Positions 8,735-18,078 of a DNA stretch of 64,000 nucleotides are shown one piece after another. The position numbers and the translations under genes were made by a program. A model generated the notes under the pieces. It did not search any database. It saw only the letters and a program-made list of their open reading frames with translations, and was not told the DNA's origin. The stretch lies in assembly GCA_948442255.1 (NCBI GenBank), contig CAOJRT010000003.1:6315-70314 (forward strand), given 5' to 3'. This DNA comes from an uncultured Bacillales bacterium. Lineage in GTDB: Bacteria > Bacillota_I > Bacilli_A > RF39 > UBA660. Position 1 is the stretch's first letter. Each line of letters begins with the position of its first letter.

Positions 8735-10699
8735 ATGAGTAAATATTTTAAACTATTATTTTCTTTGTTTTTAGGTCTTTTCTTTTTTTGTTCTTATGGG
8801 AAAGCCATGGAAGGAGAAAATTTACCTAATACTATTAATCAAGATTATATTATTCAAAAATTAGCGAGTAATCCTCAGATTAATTCGGTTCGTTCTGTTG
8901 CAAACGGGATTGTTCAGATTAATTCATCAGGAAGTATTGCTGGATATTATATAGGAACGACGGATAAAGTATCAGCATCTTCTACCTATCGTGTTGCTAC
9001 TACAAACAACACTTATTATGTAGGGGTGAAGAATGGTACTTATTATTTCTGGGTTTATGGAAATGGTCTAAGTACAGGAAGTGTAGCTCCAATTATGTAT
9101 GCTGGAGCCTTAAATGTTACGAATTCTTGTACAAATGAAACAAAAGTGGGAGTTACAGGGACTGGCACAGTAGAGAGATGCTTTGTAGCACAAAATGGAG
9201 CTATTAAACCAGACCAATCAGGGTCTTTAATTACCTGTGCAGCTGGCTATACTATTTCACAAAGTGATATGAAGGTAGTTACAAATGAATGTAATAATCT
9301 TTCTATGTCTTATGGAGGTCAAACTTTAACGAAACGTTATTGTAAAGTTGTTTACTCTTATGAGTGTAAACCTGGGACTGTTGTTTCTACCCCTGCAAGA
9401 CTTACGAGTATGCAAGTTAATGCGGGAAGCTTGAGTCCTAATTTCAATGGTGAAACTTTTAGTTATAAAGTTGCCGTTTCTAGTGATGTTGGTTCTATTA
9501 AAATAGATGCTACTGCTGCTAATGGTTCTTCTTTTGTTTCCAATTATGGACCTAGAACAGTGCGATTAAATTATGGAACAAACAAAGTGGTTATAAAAGT
9601 ACAGAATGCTTCTGGGGAACAAGTATCCTATACGATTTTAGTTACAAGAGCTGATAATCGTAGTACAGTGAATACTTTAAGTAATTTGTCTTTAAGTCAA
9701 GGGGATATAGGAGGATTTAGTGCTGAACAAACTTCTTATTTTGCACGAGTAGATAGTTCAGTATCTTCTTTAGAGATAAGGGCTTCTTTATATGATAGCA
9801 AGGCTTATTTTGAAGAAGGATATGGTCCTAGAAGTGTTGATTTAGCACCAGGATTAAATACGTTTGCAGTTCGTGTACGAAGTGAAGCAGGCACATTACG
9901 TGTTTATACGATTGATATATTTAGAGAAACAGGAGAGGAAAATCCAGGTACATGTACCGCTGATATAGAAAATGTTGCTTTATTAAAAGGAATTGATATC
10001 ACGACGGATTTAGAAAATATTTCTATTCCTAGTATAGAATTTGATTCTAAGGTATTTACTTATTCGATAAAAGTACCTTATAGTGTAGCAAATGTTATTG
10101 TAAAAGGATATACTTTACATGAGGGGGATCTTGTTACAGTAGTTGGAGGAGCTAACTTAGAAGAAGATAAAGAAGAAATTATTACTATTACTATACGTAG
10201 TGCTGAGTGTCAGGAGATAGAGAGAGTTTATACGATAGGAGTTACTCGTACTACAGAAGAGATTAAAAGCAGCAATAGTGAAGTAGCTAGTATTACGGTT
10301 GAAGGGCATGAAGAGTTTACTTTTCAGGCTAATGAACCTTATTCGGGTATAACATTAAAAAAGAATGAGAAAAAATTAAAGAATATTATTGTTAATACGG
10401 TGGATGAAGGAACTACTTGCGAAGCTCTTGGCAATGAGAAGTTAAAATATGGTTCTAAGATTATTATTAAGTGTGTTTCAGAAGATGAGACTTCTACTTC
10501 TGAGTATGTCATTCAAGTAACAGGAGTAAAAAAAGGAACAAATGTCTTCTTTATTATTATTCTTGTTATTCTTGTCATTTTAGTTATTGTGTATATTGTC
10601 TTACGTTTGTTAGGATATAAAATTTACTTTAACTTTGCTATGATAGGAGCTTTCTTTAGAGAAATGTGGCAAAAAATAAAAAATATATTTGATAAATAA
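8735..10699 (+). CDS. surface protein with repeated cadherin-like beta-sandwich domains and C-terminal TM anchor
   Basis: Signal peptide. At least three or four repeats of the pattern L(T/S)S(M/L)..S.G.LSP.F......Y...V......I....A.......Y....V.L..G.N...I.V......Y.I.V.R. Terminal hydrophobic helix VFFIIILVILVILVIVYIVL. Confidence 0.65.
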   Translation: MSKYFKLLFSLFLGLFFFCSYGKAMEGENLPNTINQDYIIQKLASNPQINSVRSVANGIVQINSSGSIAGYYIGTTDKVSASSTYRVATTNNTYYVGVKNGTYYFWVYGNGLSTGSVAPIMYAGALNVTNSCTNETKVGVTGTGTVERCFVAQNGAIKPDQSGSLITCAAGYTISQSDMKVVTNECNNLSMSYGGQTLTKRYCKVVYSYECKPGTVVSTPARLTSMQVNAGSLSPNFNGETFSYKVAVSSDVGSIKIDATAANGSSFVSNYGPRTVRLNYGTNKVVIKVQNASGEQVSYTILVTRADNRSTVNTLSNLSLSQGDIGGFSAEQTSYFARVDSSVSSLEIRASLYDSKAYFEEGYGPRSVDLAPGLNTFAVRVRSEAGTLRVYTIDIFRETGEENPGTCTADIENVALLKGIDITTDLENISIPSIEFDSKVFTYSIKVPYSVANVIVKGYTLHEGDLVTVVGGANLEEDKEEIITITIRSAECQEIERVYTIGVTRTTEEIKSSNSEVASITVEGHEEFTFQANEPYSGITLKKNEKKLKNIIVNTVDEGTTCEALGNEKLKYGSKIIIKCVSEDETSTSEYVIQVTGVKKGTNVFFIIILVILVILVIVYIVLRLLGYKIYFNFAMIGAFFREMWQKIKNIFDK

Positions 10700-10714
10700 A
10701 AAGAAAATGTTATA

Positions 10715-10860
10715 ATATCATTAATTAGTGAGGAAGGAATTTACGACTCTGGAGCTAAAACGTGACTCGCGTTAAGAGGACATAAAGTGTATGAAGTTTC
10801 ATAAACTAAGGTGGTACCGCGATTATTAGTCGTCCTTAGAGTTATGAGATTTTTTTTATT
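10715..10860 (+). promoter_or_regulatory. T-box leader (tyrosine specifier) upstream of tyrS
   Basis: Conserved T-box sequence AACTAAGGTGGTACCGCG at 10804-10821. UAC codon at 10742-10744 is a candidate specifier. T-run at 10851-10858. I could not fold a clean terminator by eye. Confidence 0.7.
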
Positions 10861-10875
10861 TAGAAAGGTGATTAT

Positions 10876-12117
10876 ATGAAAAATATGACAAATTTTGAAG
10901 AACTTATATGGCGTGGTTTAGTAAAAGATGTAGCTGGGGAGGGAATAGAAGAAAAAATTAATGTACCTGGAACAACTTTTTACTGGGGAACTGATCCTAC
11001 AGCAGATAGTTTGCACTTGGGGCATTATAGTTCTTTAGTAACAGCTAAAAGACTAATGCTTATGGGACATAATCCTATCCTTTTATGTGGAGGAGCAACA
11101 GGAAGAATAGGAGATCCAAGACCGACAGCAGAAAGAGAAATTATTAGTATCGATACTTTAAATCATAATATTGATTGTATACGTAAACAAATTGATAAGA
11201 TATTTGGTGGAAAAGCAAAACTAGTTAATAACTATGATTGGTTTAAAGATTATAACTATTTGGATTTCTTACGAGATGTAGGAAAATACATTAATGTCAA
11301 TTATATGCTATCTAAAGACATTATTGATAGAAGGTTAGATACAGGTATTACTTATGCTGAATTTAGTTATATGTTAATACAAGGATTTGATTTTTTACAT
11401 ATGTATGAGAACATGGGATGTACTATGCAAGTTGAAGGTAGTGACCAATGGGGTAATATTACAACAGGAATTGATTTGATACGTAAAATTAAAGGAAAAG
11501 AAGCCTATGCCTTTACCATGCCACTTATTTTGGATTCAACTGGTAAAAAGTTTGGGAAAAGTGAAGGGAATGCTCTATGGCTTGATAAGAATAAAACATC
11601 TAGTTATGAATTATATCAATATTTACTTAATACAGATGATGCAAAAGTAGAAGAATATTTAAAAGTATTTACTTTCTTAACACCAGATGCCATAGTGGAT
11701 GTATTAAATCGTCATATAGCAGTCCCTCATGAAAGACTTGCTCAGAAAACATTAGCAGAATGTATTATTACTGATTTACATGGTGAGGAAGAGTATCGTA
11801 AAGCTGTTCAAATTAGTGAAGCATTATTTGGTGGGGATTTAACTGGTTTATCTGCTGAAGATATTTTAATAGGCATGAAAATGGTTCCAACTATAAATTT
11901 AAGGAATTCTATTTCCTTACTTGAATTATTAGTAGAAAATGGAATATGTTCTTCTAAAAGAGAAGCAAGAGAGATGTTGCAAAGTAATGCTATTTCTCTA
12001 AACAATGAGAAATATACAGATGAAAACTTTGTTGTAACAAATGCTATTGCTATTGATGGAAAAGTTATTATTATACGCAAAGGAAAAAAGAAACAATTTA
12101 TAGGCGTTTTTGCATAA
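10876..12117 (+). CDS. tyrS: tyrosyl-tRNA synthetase
   Basis: HIGH-type motif LHLGHY, KMSKS-type motif KFGKS, C-terminal S4-like domain. Confidence 0.95.
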   Translation: MKNMTNFEELIWRGLVKDVAGEGIEEKINVPGTTFYWGTDPTADSLHLGHYSSLVTAKRLMLMGHNPILLCGGATGRIGDPRPTAEREIISIDTLNHNIDCIRKQIDKIFGGKAKLVNNYDWFKDYNYLDFLRDVGKYINVNYMLSKDIIDRRLDTGITYAEFSYMLIQGFDFLHMYENMGCTMQVEGSDQWGNITTGIDLIRKIKGKEAYAFTMPLILDSTGKKFGKSEGNALWLDKNKTSSYELYQYLLNTDDAKVEEYLKVFTFLTPDAIVDVLNRHIAVPHERLAQKTLAECIITDLHGEEEYRKAVQISEALFGGDLTGLSAEDILIGMKMVPTINLRNSISLLELLVENGICSSKREAREMLQSNAISLNNEKYTDENFVVTNAIAIDGKVIIIRKGKKKQFIGVFA

Positions 12118-12166
12118 GAGATAGAATTGACTTTCTATTTCTTTTTTTGTTAATAATACAAATTAA

Positions 12167-12204
12167 AAAGATGGTAATAAGTGCGAATTCTTATTATCAT
12201 CTTT
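12167..12204. terminator. long hairpin between convergent tyrS and racemase genes
   Basis: AAAGATGGTAATAAG-(8 nt)-CTTATTATCATCTTT: a 15-bp stem with one G-U pair that overlaps the racemase stop codon. Confidence 0.5.
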
Positions 12205-12895
12205 CTAAAGCATAATCTACGATTGCATCAATATGAGATTGGGTTGTATCAAATATGGGAATATCTAGATCATTCTCTTTTATTAGCATCTCAATTTCTG
12301 TACAGCCTAATATGATGCCTTCGATACCATTTTCTTTAATCATATTCTGAATTACTTTCTTGTAATACTCTTTTGATGATTCTTTTATTTCTCCCTTACA
12401 TAGTTCGTCAAATATAATTCTATCAATTTCATTTATATTTTCTTCTTTTTTTGGTGTAGTAACTTTTAATCCGTTTTGTTTTAATTTATTTATAAGAAAG
12501 TCTTCTGTCATTGTGTATTTCGTTCCTAACAAGCCCACGTTTAAAATGTTATTATTTTTACATTTTTTTGCAACACAATCAGCAATGTGAATTAAAGGTA
12601 TTTGAATTTGATTTTGTACCTCATTTGCTAGTTTGTGCATTGTATTTGTAGCAATAACTATATAATTTGCTCCAGCATTTTCTAGGATTTTTGCAATACT
12701 TGCAAGTTTATCTCCTATTTCGATCCATTCGTTTTTAAGTATGAGTGTTCTAATTTCTTCAAAATTGACATTGTATATTAATAATTTAGCACAGGTTAGG
12801 CCCCCAGCAATTTTGTTAACTTGGTTGTTTATTCGCTCATAATAATGAATGCTTGATTCATAGCTCATTCCCCCAATGATTCCTATTGTTTTCAT
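12197..12895 (-). CDS. aspartate/glutamate racemase family protein (YgeA-like)
   Basis: GIIGGMSYESS N-terminus and the ILGCTE second catalytic motif. The first catalytic position reads ATNTMH (Thr rather than Cys), as I recall for YgeA-type enzymes. Confidence 0.8.
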   Translation of the reverse strand: MKTIGIIGGMSYESSIHYYERINNQVNKIAGGLTCAKLLIYNVNFEEIRTLILKNEWIEIGDKLASIAKILENAGANYIVIATNTMHKLANEVQNQIQIPLIHIADCVAKKCKNNNILNVGLLGTKYTMTEDFLINKLKQNGLKVTTPKKEENINEIDRIIFDELCKGEIKESSKEYYKKVIQNMIKENGIEGIILGCTEIEMLIKENDLDIPIFDTTQSHIDAIVDYALER

Positions 12896-13524
12896 TATCT
12901 ATTTCCTTCTTTCTTTTTAGAAGATTTATTGAGTTTTTTTTAAACTTCTTAGCCGTTTTTTCTTTTGCAAATCTTCTTATTAAAAAAATTATACTATAAG
13001 AGTTTTAAAAATTCTATTTGGGAGAATTATTGATGGGGTCTTTTTCTCTTGTTATGCAGGGTATAAAATATCATCATTCCTAAAGTACATAAAATTAAGT
13101 CATTTATATCTAATACGCCAACTTTAAAAACATATTGAAAGAGTTCTATTGTTAAGAAAATAATAATTGATTGGAAGAGATTAATTGGTATTTTTATAAA
13201 GATCACCTTTGTTAAATATTTCTATTATTGATTTAAAAGGGGTTATATTATAACTTGTTATACTATTATATCTTGCAAAAAATACTATATTAAAGAGCAA
13301 AATTATGTAATATAGAAATACGATTATTTGATAAATCTTTGTTATTGTTTTTTTTATCTTCTATTTTTTCAACATAATTATTTTCGTATATTTTATTTCC
13401 TATAATAATTAAAATAGAGGGTATTAGTATCATACTTAATCTTATAAAATAATTTAATTCGATGTTAGGAACATATTCAAAACTTAAATAAATGATAAAA
13501 CAGATAACATGTAGAGAAAGATGA

Positions 13525-13827
13525 CTAATTTAAATTGAAATTATATTTGTATGTTTTTCTAATTTCGCTATACGCGATTAATTGTTCTGTTTCTTTTTTA
13601 TTTTGTTTCTTTTCTTCTCCATTTAATAATTCAGACACCTTTATTTTTAGTTCTTTCGATAGAGGGATAAGTAAGGAAATATCAGGTGTTCCTCTACCTG
13701 TCTCCCATCTTGAAATAGCTTTTTCTGTAACAAATAACTTTGCTGCTAATTCTTCTTGTGTTATTCCTAGTTCTTTTCTTTTTCTTTTGATAAAATTAGA
13801 AATTTTATTCAAATCTATCTTCATCAC
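13525..13827 (-). CDS. XRE-family helix-turn-helix transcriptional regulator
   Basis: LGITQEELAAKLFVTEKAISRWETGRGTPD is the canonical HTH_3 motif. Confidence 0.8.
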   Translation of the reverse strand: MMKIDLNKISNFIKRKRKELGITQEELAAKLFVTEKAISRWETGRGTPDISLLIPLSKELKIKVSELLNGEEKKQNKKETEQLIAYSEIRKTYKYNFNLN

Positions 13828-13851
13828 CTACTAAATAACAATAATGAGATT

Positions 13852-14034
13852 CTATTTATTCTTCATATTCTTGTTGTGTTTTTTCATTTGTTCTTGATAA
13901 GTTATATATAGTATATCATTGATGTTTAAAATCTCATAATGTTTGCCAATGCTGAAATGAAATCCATCCATAGCGCCTGCCGAATAAGAATATGCTTCAT
14001 AATGGTTCTCACAATTTTCTTTCGCGTTCTTCAT
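13852..14034 (-). CDS. small hypothetical protein (60 aa)
   Basis: ORF only. Overlaps the upstream membrane ORF by 26 nt. Confidence 0.3.
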   Translation of the reverse strand: MKNAKENCENHYEAYSYSAGAMDGFHFSIGKHYEILNINDILYITYQEQMKKHNKNMKNK

Positions 14035-14422
14035 TCAGAGTACCCAATGAAATTAAAAAAGCAAAGAATAGGACAAGAAAAAAGAGATATACAAATATTG
14101 CTATTGCTATAGCAATTACTTTAACAACATGGCTTCCCATAAAACCAATTATAATTAATATAATCATATTTGAGATGGCAAATAATACTTGTAATGTATT
14201 TTTAGAAAATAACCAAAGTAAAAAATATACAATTATAACGAAACTTTTCCCTTTGATTTCTTTTCTAAATCTTATTAATAAGGTTGCATTTAGAAAAATG
14301 AAAGTAAGCATAAAAATTTGATAGAGTAGACCGCCTATTCTTAGATTGATTAATACAATGTTATAAAAGATAAATAACACCATCATTAATATCGCATAAT
14401 AATTAATTAAAATTTTTTTCAT
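14009..14422 (-). CDS. hypothetical membrane protein (4 predicted TM helices)
   Basis: 137 aa, almost entirely hydrophobic helices. Same strand as the XRE gene. Confidence 0.5.
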   Translation of the reverse strand: MKKILINYYAILMMVLFIFYNIVLINLRIGGLLYQIFMLTFIFLNATLLIRFRKEIKGKSFVIIVYFLLWLFSKNTLQVLFAISNMIILIIIGFMGSHVVKVIAIAIAIFVYLFFLVLFFAFLISLGTLNEERERKL

Positions 14423-14603
14423 AAATATTTCCTTCTTTCTAAAATTATCTTATTATAATTATAAAAAGAAGTCTTCCTATGAATCGTAGAATTGTTTATA
14501 ACAATGCTATTTTTTTTGGAAATTTAATAGAGTTTTTTTAGGTAAAATTTGATTTTCTATTTCTTTTTTTATAAAATAAATGAATCTTTAAAGGGGGATT
14601 ATT

Positions 14604-15473
14604 ATGATACCAAGAGAGCAAAGTTGTGATTTAAAACCATTAACACCGCTATCACAAAGTCAATATTCGCGTATTTTCAAAACGAATGATGGGAGGCTGC
14701 TAAAACAAGTTAGTAACCATGTTTTAAATGTCAATACATCTTATGGAATAAACTATGAAGAGAAAATATTACATGCTGATGAAATTATAGGAATCGAGAA
14801 GATTGCAAAACCGCTTACTGCTGTTTATAATGGCAATGTTTTTGTTGGTTATACGATGTGTCCCTTTTTAGGAATGAGCAGTAAAGAGTATTATGCCAAA
14901 CAATCTCTTCTAGATAGTTGTGATTTATATCTCCAAGCGCATTTTTATAAGCAATTGGAGGAGATTGTTAAGGAAGGAAATAAGCAGAGGATGGCTTTTC
15001 CAGATATTGGTTCTGGGGGAAATGTTTTAATTGATGAGAGAAACTCTATTTCTTTAGTTGATTTTGATGGTATGCAGTATGGGAACTATGGTTCTATTTC
15101 AATGACAGAAACCCTTTTTCAAGATATAGAAAATAAACCAAAATATTTTATTACTCCATCTATTTGCACACCAGAAGTAGATAAATTAAGTTTACTTCGC
15201 TTTTATTTTTTAGCTGCTTTTAATGTGCAGTTGCATCATGTGGGAGAATATGTCCATTTTTCTGTTATGACATTAAAAGAACTTTTTGATTTTTTAGGCT
15301 TGGTAGATGAGGAGAAACTCTTTAACAAAGTAGAAGCTACTATGTCTGATTATAAAGAGGGGATTTTTTTAGGCGATGAAGTTGAACGTATTGCTAGAGA
15401 TTATATGGTTATCCCTTATAAGTTATCTGGTGCTGACGTTTATTCTAAACGATTAATTAAAAAAGCAAGTTAA
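14604..15473 (+). CDS. hypothetical protein with divergent protein-kinase-like fold
   Basis: AAGGGGGA RBS. RLLKQ (beta3 Lys-like), GGNVLIDE (catalytic-loop Asn-like) and LVDFDG (DFG-like) occur in the correct order and spacing. Confidence 0.55.
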   Translation: MIPREQSCDLKPLTPLSQSQYSRIFKTNDGRLLKQVSNHVLNVNTSYGINYEEKILHADEIIGIEKIAKPLTAVYNGNVFVGYTMCPFLGMSSKEYYAKQSLLDSCDLYLQAHFYKQLEEIVKEGNKQRMAFPDIGSGGNVLIDERNSISLVDFDGMQYGNYGSISMTETLFQDIENKPKYFITPSICTPEVDKLSLLRFYFLAAFNVQLHHVGEYVHFSVMTLKELFDFLGLVDEEKLFNKVEATMSDYKEGIFLGDEVERIARDYMVIPYKLSGADVYSKRLIKKAS

Positions 15474-15569
15474 GATATTCTTTGGAATATTTTTTTATGT
15501 TCATAAAGATTTTATAAAAATAGCAAGACTACTCTTTTTTTCATACAATAAAGGGAAAGGAGTTTTATT

Positions 15570-15749
15570 ATGTACTATCGTTATAATTCTATGGATGATC
15601 GTTTTGGTGGATTTTGGGTACCTTTTTTATTGGGAGGATTAGGTGGAGCTGCTGTAGTAGGAGTTAGTAGACCTAGACCTGTTTATGTTAATCAAGGTCC
15701 AATGCCATATCCGCCATATGGTCCTTATCCAAGACCTTATTACTATTAA
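15570..15749 (+). CDS. unlisted 59-aa Gly/Pro/Tyr-rich small protein with one TM segment
   Basis: ATG 8 nt after GGGAAAGGAG. MYYRYNSMDDRFGGFWVPFLLGGLGGAAVVGVSRPRPVYVNQGPMPYPPYGPYPRPYYY. Just below the ORF-track cutoff. Overlaps the 3' end of the convergent gene. Confidence 0.4.
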   Translation: MYYRYNSMDDRFGGFWVPFLLGGLGGAAVVGVSRPRPVYVNQGPMPYPPYGPYPRPYYY

Positions 15750-16776
15750 AATTGATTGCTAGTCCAATTAGGAAATAAAGAGTGATTGTTGATGAGCCTC
15801 CATAACTTAAAAAGGGAAGAGGAATACCAATAATAGGGACTAGCGATAGATTCATGAAAATATTATAAAACACTTGAAATAATAAGAGGTTAAGAAGTAT
15901 AAAATTATAAATATTTTTTATACTTCTTTTTTTTTCTGTATTCTTTATAAAATATAAAAATAAAGATAGGTAACAAAGAAGGAGTAAGATAAAAATGCAA
16001 CTATTATATTTACTAATAATAGAGGCGAAGATAAAATCGTTATGATTTTCTGGAATATATAGTAATTTATTTGCTCCAATTGCTATTTGAGAATTAATAG
16101 TTTGCATATTATCCTTATTTTTAAAAGAGATAATGCGATCAATTCGATAGAATAGTTTAGAACCATAAATGTCTATTAAAACTTGTTTATTTGAGATAAA
16201 TAAAACAATATGGAATATGCCAATCAAGAAGATAAAGATAGTAATAGAAATGGCTATTTTTTTCTTTATTTTGCTATATTTTAATGTGGAAAGTAAAATA
16301 ATGAAGTAAAAGATAATCGCCCCTGTATCGGGCTCTAAAAAGGTTAATATTGAAGGGATAAGAACAAGAATGAATTTTTTAAAAAAAGAGCTACCTTTGT
16401 TGGTTAAATCCGTTAAATAAATTAATAAGGCAACTTTGGCTATTTCACTTGGTTGAATAGATATGTTATAAATATGAAGCCATGCTTTTGCTCCTTTTAC
16501 TTCTCTTCCAATAATAAGAACAAGAAGAAGTAAAAATAAAGAAATTAGATAAAAATATTTACTATATTTTAATAATTCTTTCTTTTTGATTAAAGAGACT
16601 ATTATAAGAATTAAAAAAGATAAACCATAAAATAGGAGTTGCTTGGTGAAGTATTCTGTTTCTTTTAAATAAAGGAGACTGATACTATTAAGAATTAAAA
16701 TTGGTATTAGTATATAATATGTTTTAATAAGTTTTTTCATATTATTAGGATAGGCAAAAAAAGGTAATTTATACAT
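15688..16776 (-). CDS. FtsW/RodA/SpoVE-family peptidoglycan polymerase
   Basis: IQPSEIAKV, EPDTGA and PLPFLSYGGSS motifs, about 10 TM segments. Start uncertain (16776 or 16740); neither has a clear RBS. Confidence 0.8.
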   Translation of the reverse strand: MYKLPFFAYPNNMKKLIKTYYILIPILILNSISLLYLKETEYFTKQLLFYGLSFLILIIVSLIKKKELLKYSKYFYLISLFLLLLVLIIGREVKGAKAWLHIYNISIQPSEIAKVALLIYLTDLTNKGSSFFKKFILVLIPSILTFLEPDTGAIIFYFIILLSTLKYSKIKKKIAISITIFIFLIGIFHIVLFISNKQVLIDIYGSKLFYRIDRIISFKNKDNMQTINSQIAIGANKLLYIPENHNDFIFASIISKYNSCIFILLLLCYLSLFLYFIKNTEKKRSIKNIYNFILLNLLLFQVFYNIFMNLSLVPIIGIPLPFLSYGGSSTITLYFLIGLAINFNSNKVLDKDHMADMALDLD

Positions 16777-16799
16777 ATAATGGAATAAGGAGGGAATGT

Positions 16800-17087
16800 A
16801 TGAAATTACCTAGTGTTTATGCAAATCGTATTGATAAACCGATTAAAAATAATGAAGAAGTATTTCATCAAGAGAGAGGAGCTAAAGTTGCAAAAAAGGA
16901 TCCTAAAGATTTAAAAAAGTATTTTGATCGTAATGGATATGCAAATAAGTTGGTTGTTAAGTTAAAAACAGAAAATGGGGAAAAAGTAGAAAAATTAATT
17001 CTTTATAAAGATACTTATGTTATAACTATCAATAATGAGCGCATCCCATTATCTTCTATTTTAGACTATGAAGTAAAAGAAAACTAA
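16800..17087 (+). CDS. hypothetical protein (95 aa)
   Basis: AAGGAGGGA RBS. No recognisable motif. Confidence 0.55.
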   Translation: MKLPSVYANRIDKPIKNNEEVFHQERGAKVAKKDPKDLKKYFDRNGYANKLVVKLKTENGEKVEKLILYKDTYVITINNERIPLSSILDYEVKEN

Positions 17088-17111
17088 ACATTTGCGTGTT
17101 TAGTTTGTTTT

Positions 17112-17429
17112 TTATTTTAACATTTGTTTAATGCAATCTTTTAATTGTTTTGCGTCCTTGTCAAATATAATTTTTACTTGATTATCAATTTCTACAATTC
17201 CTTTGGCACCTAGCTTTTGAATGCCTTCTTTGTTGACAAGAGTTGTATCTTTTAAAATGACTTTGAAACGAGACATGTTACATTCAGCATTGATAATATT
17301 GTCTTTTCCTCCTAAATATTTAATTAATTTATTTACTTCTGAAGAAAAATCTTTTTTATTTAATTTTATAACGATTAGAGAAATTATCAATAAAACAATT
17401 ATAATGATTAAATATTGTATCCATTCCAT
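17112..17429 (-). CDS. membrane-anchored PTS EIIB-like domain protein
   Basis: N-terminal TM helix, then LIKYLGGKDNIINAECNMSRFKVILKD resembling the EIIB(Glc) Cys loop. No EIIC/EIIA partner nearby. Confidence 0.5.
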   Translation of the reverse strand: MEWIQYLIIIIVLLIISLIVIKLNKKDFSSEVNKLIKYLGGKDNIINAECNMSRFKVILKDTTLVNKEGIQKLGAKGIVEIDNQVKIIFDKDAKQLKDCIKQMLK

Positions 17430-17551
17430 TCTTTCATCACCTGTTGTTACATTATACTATAGATTTAAAAAAAATAAAAGCCTATAACTAGCACCTATTT
17501 TTAAATGTAACATAAATTAATAGTGAGATATATAGGAAAGGGTGATTAATA

Positions 17552-17986
17552 ATGTGTTGTAAAGATAATCATGAAAATAACTCTTTAGCAGAAATCTTGA
17601 GTGTTATTTTGGTATTACAACAAAATGCGTGTGTAGATAGTTGCTTAGATTCTTGTGATAGACCTATGTTAGGTGGTGGACCAACTTGTTTGGTATGTAA
17701 TACTAGACCAGTAATGCTTTATACTTGTGGTTCTAATGGAACACCTTGGAGTATGCCAACTTCTAAAGACTCGACAGCAAGTTGTAGTGGTACTATGGCA
17801 GGATGTTCAACAGTATTTAGAGTAGAAAAGATTGAAGGAGATTGTTGTACTTTTAGAGTATTACAAGATAATCCTGACACAACTAGTTTATATCCTTATG
17901 TAACAACAAACTCTGTATTTACTATGGATATAGGATGTTTATGTAGCATTAGATGTTTAACTGATACTTTTGTTGAATGTGTATAG
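17552..17986 (+). CDS. CotY/CotZ-family spore coat/exosporium protein
   Basis: Cys-rich 144 aa. STVFRVEKIEGDCCTFRVL and FTMDIGCLCSIRCL align with the B. subtilis CotZ motifs as I remember them. Confidence 0.65.
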   Translation: MCCKDNHENNSLAEILSVILVLQQNACVDSCLDSCDRPMLGGGPTCLVCNTRPVMLYTCGSNGTPWSMPTSKDSTASCSGTMAGCSTVFRVEKIEGDCCTFRVLQDNPDTTSLYPYVTTNSVFTMDIGCLCSIRCLTDTFVECV

Positions 17987-18078
17987 TAGAAGAGTGCTTC
18001 TTTAAGAGGCGCTTTTTTTATGCTCTTGCCTTTTTTCCTATCCTCTTTTATAATATAAAAGCGTTAGGTGGTCTTTAT

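Noticed and set aside
13535-14321. Plus-strand ORFs mirroring the XRE regulator and membrane ORFs (13535-13834, 13992-14321)
   Set aside because: The minus-strand frame gives a textbook HTH_3 motif, while the plus-strand translations are low-complexity.
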